Positions 58,442 through 64,000 of a DNA stretch of 64,000 nt are shown in pieces. The DNA is from Parcubacteria group bacterium. Lineage in GTDB: Bacteria > Patescibacteriota > Microgenomatia > UBA1400 > PJMF01. Where the stretch lies: contig CALQZX010000001.1 of assembly GCA_943350175.1 (NCBI GenBank), positions 21,818 to 85,817 on the forward strand, given 5' to 3'. The position numbers and the translations under genes were made by a program. The notes below the pieces were generated by a model. The model saw nothing but the letters and a program-made list of their open reading frames with translations, was not told where the DNA came from and did not search any database. The number at the start of each line of letters is the position of its first letter. Position 1 is the stretch's first letter.

Positions 58442-58772
58442 AGTTTTTTAACCTTTTCAAAGCTTTAGTTAATTCTTTTTTTGGTGTTTTCTGTGTTTTT
58501 TTAAGAAAGGCAGATAGCACAACTATCTCATTTTTTAGTACGTAAGCGTAAATTGCTCGCCATTGTCCATTTTGTTTTATTCTTATTTCAAATAAAACAG
58601 AGTCTATTTTTTTGGCAAAAGGCATTTCTAGTTTGCCTTTCTCTTCTAGTATTTGAAACAAGTCGTTAAATCTGGCTCTAATTTTTAGTGGGAAAGAATC
58701 AAGCTCTTTTATTGCGGAATAATTGATTGCTACTTGTTTCTTCACTGAGCTAAATTGTGACATAAAAGTCAC
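58428..58772 (-). CDS. RelE/HigB (Gp49-like) toxin
   Basis: LFEIRIK..WRAIY..IVVLSAFLKKTQKTP.KEL..A.KR. Confidence 0.88.
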   Translation of the reverse strand: MTFMSQFSSVKKQVAINYSAIKELDSFPLKIRARFNDLFQILEEKGKLEMPFAKKIDSVLFEIRIKQNGQWRAIYAYVLKNEIVVLSAFLKKTQKTPKKELTKALKRLKNYEKK

Positions 58773-58788
58773 ATATTGTCAATGTTGA

Positions 58789-59124
58789 TTAGTTCTTTTT
58801 ATCCATCTCAAAACGTTCTCTAGTAAACTTGATTTTTCTAGAGATAACTTTTTCTACATCAATGTCTAATTCGCAGCTAAGTAATATTAGTGATCCTAAA
58901 ACGTCTGCAAATTCGTCTTCCAAGTTTTCTCTGGAGAATTTGGCAATTTTTGAATCGCGCTGTAAGTTCATGCTGGTTAGAATCTCATCTGAGAGTTCGC
59001 CTAGTTCTTCCACCACCTTCATGGTACGGGCGAAGATTCTTTGATTTTTATCTTTAAGCGGCCAATGATTATTGAGAAAATCTCCAATTTCTTTATATTT
59101 AGCTACTAACTGTTTGATTTGCAT
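58789..59124 (-). CDS. MazG-like nucleotide pyrophosphohydrolase
   Basis: KVVEELGEL...LEDEFADV. Confidence 0.85.
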   Translation of the reverse strand: MQIKQLVAKYKEIGDFLNNHWPLKDKNQRIFARTMKVVEELGELSDEILTSMNLQRDSKIAKFSRENLEDEFADVLGSLILLSCELDIDVEKVISRKIKFTRERFEMDKKN

Positions 59125-60574
59125 AGAAGGATATTATATCACTGCCAATTCCTGGAATTTTCTGCAAATCACTAAGGGTTCTTGGTTTTAAGATAGCCAT
59201 CAGCTCCATTTGCTTAATAGTAAAAAGATTTGGGATTTGTTTGTAGTCAATTTTTTCTAAATACTGTTGATTAATTTTTTCTAATTTTTGAATAAAGTTA
59301 CGCTCTTCATCACTCAATTCAATTTTTATTTTTAGACAGCTGTAACAATTTTTACAAGTATTTTGATTATTTTTTTGGCCAAAATATTTAATTATTTTTT
59401 CTTGCAAACAGCTTTTGCTAGTGGCATATTTTTTGATTGTTTCTAATTTCTCAATTTCGATTATTCGCCTTTGGTTTTCAAAATCTTGATAGCTGCTATT
59501 AATCATCTGAGCTTGGATTAACAGATCTTTTTCAGAGTAAAGTAGATAGACATAACTTTCTTGGCCATCGCGCCCGGCTCTGCCTGCTTCTTGATAATAA
59601 TTTTCTAAATTGGCAGAAATTTGATAATGAATAACCACTCTGACGTCGCTTTTATCAACGCCCATGCCAAAGGCATTGGTCGCAATCATGATTTTTATTT
59701 TGCCAAGTAAAAAATCATTTTGGCTTTGTTCTCTTTTGGTTTTTTCTAAGCCACCATGATAAATTCCAATAGAATAATTATTTCTAAAATCATAATATTT
59801 AATTAAATCCAAAAGTCGCTCACATTCAATTCTAGTACAACAATAAATAATGATATTTTCACTGCTGTGAATTTTGAGTAGCTTAAATAAATAGACATTT
59901 TTAGTCCAATTGTCTTCACAAATTAAATTATGGAAAATGAGGTTTTTACGTAAAAAACCACCACTAAAAACAACGGGTTCCGCTAAAGCCAAAAATTTCT
60001 TAATTTCTTCGCTAACTAAATTTGTAGCTGTGGCGGTGAAAGCGGCTATGGCAATTTTTTTATTGTTTCTTTGAATTTTTTCAATGAATTCTGGAATTTT
60101 TTGATAACTAGGACGGAACTGGTGTCCCCACAAACTAATGCAGTGCGCCTCGTCTATAACTAGATAAGAAATTTTAATTTGTCGACAAACTTCAATGATT
60201 CTTTTATTTTCTAAGCGCTCAGGAGCGAGATAAAATAATTTGTATTTTCCGGCTAATAAATTTGATAGGCGTTTGTTGATTTCTGCTTGCTCCAAATTGC
60301 TGCTTAAATAAGTCGCAGCAATGCCTGCTTTTTCCAGATGATCGACCTGATCTTTCATCAGTGAAATTAAAGGGGAAATAACCAAAGTGGTACCAGGAAA
60401 AATTAAAGCTGGAACCTGAAAACATAGAGACTTACCTCCACCAGTTGGTAAGATTGCCAAGACATCTTTTTGTTCCAAAATAGCTAGGACAATTTCTAAC
60501 TGTCCAGGTCTAAACTCTGCAAAACCAAAAAAATTTTGTAAAGTTTGAATAGCTAATTCTTGATTATTTGCCAC
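59099..60574 (-). CDS. recQ: RecQ family DNA helicase with C-terminal HRDC-like remnant
   Basis: FRPGQ, PTGGGKSLCFQ, DEAHC..WGHQFRP, ATNAFGMGVDK, QEAGRAGRDG, Zn-binding Cys. GTG start. Confidence 0.9.
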   Translation of the reverse strand: MANNQELAIQTLQNFFGFAEFRPGQLEIVLAILEQKDVLAILPTGGGKSLCFQVPALIFPGTTLVISPLISLMKDQVDHLEKAGIAATYLSSNLEQAEINKRLSNLLAGKYKLFYLAPERLENKRIIEVCRQIKISYLVIDEAHCISLWGHQFRPSYQKIPEFIEKIQRNNKKIAIAAFTATATNLVSEEIKKFLALAEPVVFSGGFLRKNLIFHNLICEDNWTKNVYLFKLLKIHSSENIIIYCCTRIECERLLDLIKYYDFRNNYSIGIYHGGLEKTKREQSQNDFLLGKIKIMIATNAFGMGVDKSDVRVVIHYQISANLENYYQEAGRAGRDGQESYVYLLYSEKDLLIQAQMINSSYQDFENQRRIIEIEKLETIKKYATSKSCLQEKIIKYFGQKNNQNTCKNCYSCLKIKIELSDEERNFIQKLEKINQQYLEKIDYKQIPNLFTIKQMELMAILKPRTLSDLQKIPGIGSDIISFYANQTVSS

Positions 60575-60609
60575 TGCTCTTTTATAGCAGAGCTAGGTTG
60601 CAAGAAAGC

Positions 60610-61392
60610 TTACTTTACCAGTTTGGCGAACATTTTTTCCATAAATTTTGGAAAAAGGCGGAAAGCTTCGGCGGCCACTGATAAAGAAGGTGGGCAAAAA
60701 ATTCTTTTTTTATCAGTGTAAGCGATTCCATAAATTGCTGCTGAAACATCGCCGACAGGAATAGCTGGCATGCTTTTTTCTGAAGCGCTTAGATCAACAT
60801 TGGCTTTGTTGCTATCAAAAAATTCAGTTTTAACTGGACCTGGGTGAACGGTGGTGACTTTGACCCCAAACTTCAGCACTTCTTGGCGCAAAACATTGGC
60901 AAAAGCGGTGATTCCCCATTTGCTAGCGCAGTAAACCGACCACTTTGGCAAAAGCACGTAACCAGCTAAGGAAGAGGTGAAAATGATATGACCATGGCCT
61001 TGCTTGACCATTATTGCGGCGGCTTTCTTTCCAACGAGAATCATGCCTTTGACGTTGACATCAATGATTTGTTCAACTTCATCGTCGCCTAGCATGTAAG
61101 ACTCTTTGACAAAGCCAAGGCCGGCATTATTGAAAACCAAATCTAAGGTTGGAAAGTTTTTTTCCAAAGCTGTAAAAACTTTGGCGATTTCAGCAGTTTT
61201 ACCAAGATCGGCAGTCAAAGTAGTGACTTCAGCGCCCAACTTTCTGGCTTCTTCTGCCACAAGTTCGAGCTTGGTTTGATTGCGAGCCACCAAAATTAAA
61301 TGATTTTTGGAACCATCGCGTTTGGCAAATTCCAAAGCGACGGCTTTACCGATGCCACTTGAGGCGCCGGTGATGAGGAGATTTTTAGACAT
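60610..61392 (-). CDS. Short-chain dehydrogenase/reductase
   Basis: TGASSGIG, NNAG, YCASK. Confidence 0.93.
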   Translation of the reverse strand: MSKNLLITGASSGIGKAVALEFAKRDGSKNHLILVARNQTKLELVAEEARKLGAEVTTLTADLGKTAEIAKVFTALEKNFPTLDLVFNNAGLGFVKESYMLGDDEVEQIIDVNVKGMILVGKKAAAIMVKQGHGHIIFTSSLAGYVLLPKWSVYCASKWGITAFANVLRQEVLKFGVKVTTVHPGPVKTEFFDSNKANVDLSASEKSMPAIPVGDVSAAIYGIAYTDKKRIFCPPSLSVAAEAFRLFPKFMEKMFAKLVK

Positions 61393-61522
61393 AATTCGTC
61401 GCGGATTCTATTTTTCTCCCCAGAGGCCATTTGAAAGTTATTCCTTCTTGCAGCCTAATGCGTCGAAAAATGAATTCGCTCCTTTCTATAAATAATATAC
61501 GTATCTTTTACTATAACTTAAT

Positions 61523-63286
61523 TTAGTTTTCCTCGCTCTCGCCATCCCCAATAAATCCATTTCTCTGTAATGACCAGAGTCTTTGGTAGATGCCGTCGTC
61601 TTTTTCAATCAATTCTTCATGAGTGCCAATTTCGGCGATGCTGCCTTCATTCATAACTACGATGCGATCAGCCTGCATAATCGTTGAGAGGCGGTGAGCA
61701 ATGATGATACTAGTTCGAGGGTTTTTTTGGTCTCTAACTAGATTCCAGAAGGCTTGTTGAATGATTTGCTCGGAAGCACTGTCCAGAGAGCTAGTAGCTT
61801 CATCCATGATGATAATTTTTGGTTTTTCTAGGAGCATGCGGGCAATGGCTAAACGCTGTCTTTGGCCACCAGATAATTTAATACCGCGCTCGCCGACTAC
61901 AGTTTCGTAACCATTTGGTAAGTCCTTAATAAAAACATCGACCTGAGCTGCCTTAGCTGCCTCCAGAACATCTTCTTTACTAGCTTTTTGGTTGGCATAG
62001 GCAATGTTGAAATAGACGGTGTTATTAAAGAGTAATGGGTCTTGTGGTACGACACCAACCATTTTACGCAAATCTGATTTGAGTATTTCATTGATTGGCA
62101 CGCCATCGATCAAAACTTTACCCTTTGTCGGGTCATACATGCGCATTAGCAATTTGGCGACGGTAGTTTTGCCAGCTCCAGAAAAACCAACTAGAGCAAT
62201 GGCTTCTCCACTCTCAATTTTGAGAGAAAAATCTTTCAAAACAGTTTGCTTATTTTCATAGGCAAAACTAACTTCGTCAAAAACGATTTCACCTTGAGGA
62301 TTTTTTATTTTTTGTGGCGCAGTTGGGTCTTGGACGGTGATTTTTTCATCGAGTAGATCAAGATAAGTGCTAATATCTGTATTTTTCTTGGCTAGCTCGC
62401 GCAAGCTAAAAAGCAGCTGCATCATTTTTGGAAACAGAGTCATGGAAAAAGTGGTGACGAGTAAAAAATCTGCCAGAACAATTTGGCCATTTTGCAAATC
62501 TCTGACGGCTAAAAACATAATACCAACGAGAGCGAAATTAATGAGATTGCCGACAATGCCATCGAAATAACGGAAAGTGAAGAAATAGGCTTGGAGGCGT
62601 TGATTCCAGATTTTTAAAAGTCCAGCAAAACGAGATTGCTCAAACTTTTCATTGGCGAAATATTTAACGGTGTCGAAGTTAACTAAATTGTCTACTCTAG
62701 CTCCTGAGACATCATCATCGGCGTCGTTAAAAGCCTTGCGTCTTTTGATATTAAATTTGATCAAGAAATAGGCCACAAAAACGGTGATGGCGATGAGCAG
62801 TAAGACAAAAAATAAATAGTCCATGCGGAGGCGAGCAAAAGCAAGGAACATGACAGCGAAGCTTATGGTGAGGTTTAAAAATTGGCGGTTAATAATGTCG
62901 TAGTAAGCAAAGAAGGCGTCGTCGCCTCTTTTCATTAGACTGATTAATTTGCCGGAACTTTTGTTGGTGTGATAAGCGAAGTCTAGGTTGTGGATGTGAG
63001 TCAGGACTGCTTTGGCAATGTCGTTGGAGGTGCCGACCATGTTTTTATCGGTAATGTAGTAGCCGATGTTTTCTAAGATGTTGCTGATGAAAAGGATTAG
63101 GCCAAAAATGAGAACTAATTGGAAGGCATGCTCCATGAGGCCGTCTTGGACGGATTGGGTGAGCCATTTGACAAAAAATGGGGCGAGGTTGTTAAGACAC
63201 ATGGCTAGAGCCATCGGGATGGTGCCGATGATGAAAGGCCATTTACGTTGCCAGATGAAATGGTAGAGGCGGAGAAAGACGGACAT
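61523..63286 (-). CDS. ABC exporter, fused permease/ATPase (Atm1/MsbA-like)
   Basis: Six TM helices; NFDTVKYFANE, GFSGAGKT, LSGGQRQR, DEATSSLD, AHRLST. Confidence 0.93.
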   Translation of the reverse strand: MSVFLRLYHFIWQRKWPFIIGTIPMALAMCLNNLAPFFVKWLTQSVQDGLMEHAFQLVLIFGLILFISNILENIGYYITDKNMVGTSNDIAKAVLTHIHNLDFAYHTNKSSGKLISLMKRGDDAFFAYYDIINRQFLNLTISFAVMFLAFARLRMDYLFFVLLLIAITVFVAYFLIKFNIKRRKAFNDADDDVSGARVDNLVNFDTVKYFANEKFEQSRFAGLLKIWNQRLQAYFFTFRYFDGIVGNLINFALVGIMFLAVRDLQNGQIVLADFLLVTTFSMTLFPKMMQLLFSLRELAKKNTDISTYLDLLDEKITVQDPTAPQKIKNPQGEIVFDEVSFAYENKQTVLKDFSLKIESGEAIALVGFSGAGKTTVAKLLMRMYDPTKGKVLIDGVPINEILKSDLRKMVGVVPQDPLLFNNTVYFNIAYANQKASKEDVLEAAKAAQVDVFIKDLPNGYETVVGERGIKLSGGQRQRLAIARMLLEKPKIIIMDEATSSLDSASEQIIQQAFWNLVRDQKNPRTSIIIAHRLSTIMQADRIVVMNEGSIAEIGTHEELIEKDDGIYQRLWSLQRNGFIGDGESEEN

Positions 63287-63361
63287 AATTTAATAACAAC
63301 ATTCTAGCATTTTATGAATTGGCATTGTGTGTCATTTATGTTGTATAAAAGACAGAAAAGC

Positions 63362-63757
63362 ATGACTAAGAAAAGTGAGCCAAATAAAAAACCAATTTCG
63401 CAAAAACAAAAAGACAAAATTAAAAATGGCAAGAAATTATATGATTCGATAAAGGGTAAATCTATCTTTTGTCCACTTCTAAACGCTGAGGTCAGATTTA
63501 CTAATCAGGGTTGGCGACACCTCAATAACAACAAGCGAAATATTTACGATATTTTAAGGAGAATCGATTTGTTTCCTTTTGTGGATAGCGTAATTAAAAA
63601 GCCAACAGGTATGAACCCAAGCAAGACATTAGATGGCTGTTTCATTCTTTATGGCCAAAGAAAAGTTTTTAAAAATGGCAAAAACACAAGGGTTTTAATT
63701 AAGGTAAATGTCATTAAAGATAGGGCTGGAAATTATTTTTTTCTTTCGATTTGTTAA
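63362..63757 (+). CDS. Basic hypothetical protein, possible RelE/barnase-like (PBECR/LPD3-type) RNase fold
   Basis: CPLLNAEVRFTNQGWRHL..RR..F...IKVNV..G.YFFLSI pattern. ATG 63362 preferred. Confidence 0.45.
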   Translation: MTKKSEPNKKPISQKQKDKIKNGKKLYDSIKGKSIFCPLLNAEVRFTNQGWRHLNNNKRNIYDILRRIDLFPFVDSVIKKPTGMNPSKTLDGCFILYGQRKVFKNGKNTRVLIKVNVIKDRAGNYFFLSIC

Positions 63758-63787
63758 TAAAAAACCCCAAGAATGGGGATTTTTATT
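63756..63787. terminator. Bidirectional intrinsic terminator
   Basis: AATAAAAAA-CCCCA-AGAA-TGGGG-ATTTTTATT. Confidence 0.75.
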
Positions 63788-63857
63788 AGTACAGAGAGTC
63801 TCACATCTAATCTAGCTCGATGTCATCGATGGTGAAAACCATCTCTCTCTATACTAA
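63786..63857 (-). ncRNA. Candidate small three-way-junction RNA
   Basis: TATAAT at 63864-63869; P1 TTAGTATAGAGAG/CTCTCTGTACTAA, P2 GATGGT/ACCATC, P3 ACATC/GATGT; followed by the terminator. Confidence 0.5.
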
Positions 63858-64000
63858 GGATTTATTATACACTTTGTGTCAAATTTGGAGAAATTGGGAT
63901 TTGATCGTATGTTTTAGCCAATCGAGACAGAATAACCAAAGCTTTTTACTAATTTAGTGACAGTACTGAGTTTGGGATCACCTTGTTCAGTTAGAGAGTC

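Noticed and set aside
58160-59124. HigBA plus MazG-like gene as a novel defence island
   Set aside because: Ordinary toxin-first TA pair. The MazG-like gene is coupled to recQ and nothing else suggests a dedicated system.
63786-63857. Hammerhead ribozyme resemblance (CGATGA...GAGAC)
   Set aside because: The core lacks CUGANGA, GAAA and the NUH cleavage triplet.
63900-64000. Possible gene end at the window edge
   Set aside because: Too short to support a call.

Overview
Low-GC chromosomal segment of a Candidate Phyla Radiation bacterium, most likely Microgenomates. The assignment is inferred from 16S signatures (e.g. GTGCCAGAAGCCTCGG at the 515F site) and a CPR-type gene repertoire. The window carries a 16S rRNA gene with its own promoter and terminator and no linked 23S or 5S, four tRNAs (Ile-GAT, Arg-TCT, His-GTG, Gln-TTG), lon, uvrA/B/C, recQ, pyk, a 2-oxoacid oxidoreductase with flavodoxin, hemW, elp3, a HigBA-type toxin-antitoxin pair and many cell-surface genes. 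The most unusual observations are: (1) a small tandem gene-cassette array at the tRNA-Gln 3' end, built from reiterated tRNA-flank and degenerate T-arm sites, with no integrase in the window; (2) an ATP-grasp / 7TM / DUF1704 (MATCAP-like) locus resembling an amino-acid tail writer-eraser system; (3) a WxL/DUF916-like subunit-plus-chaperone surface cluster; (4) a cohesin-dockerin surface cluster with an unrecognised 8-Cys module and a shared TM-QDxR motif; (5) a 260-nt same-strand overlap placing the UvrC GIY-YIG motif inside the membrane anchor of a transglutaminase; (6) Elp3 with a Trm9/ALKBH8-like methyltransferase beside a U34 tRNA; (7) two candidate structured ncRNAs. All family calls come from motif recognition by eye; no searches or folding were run.
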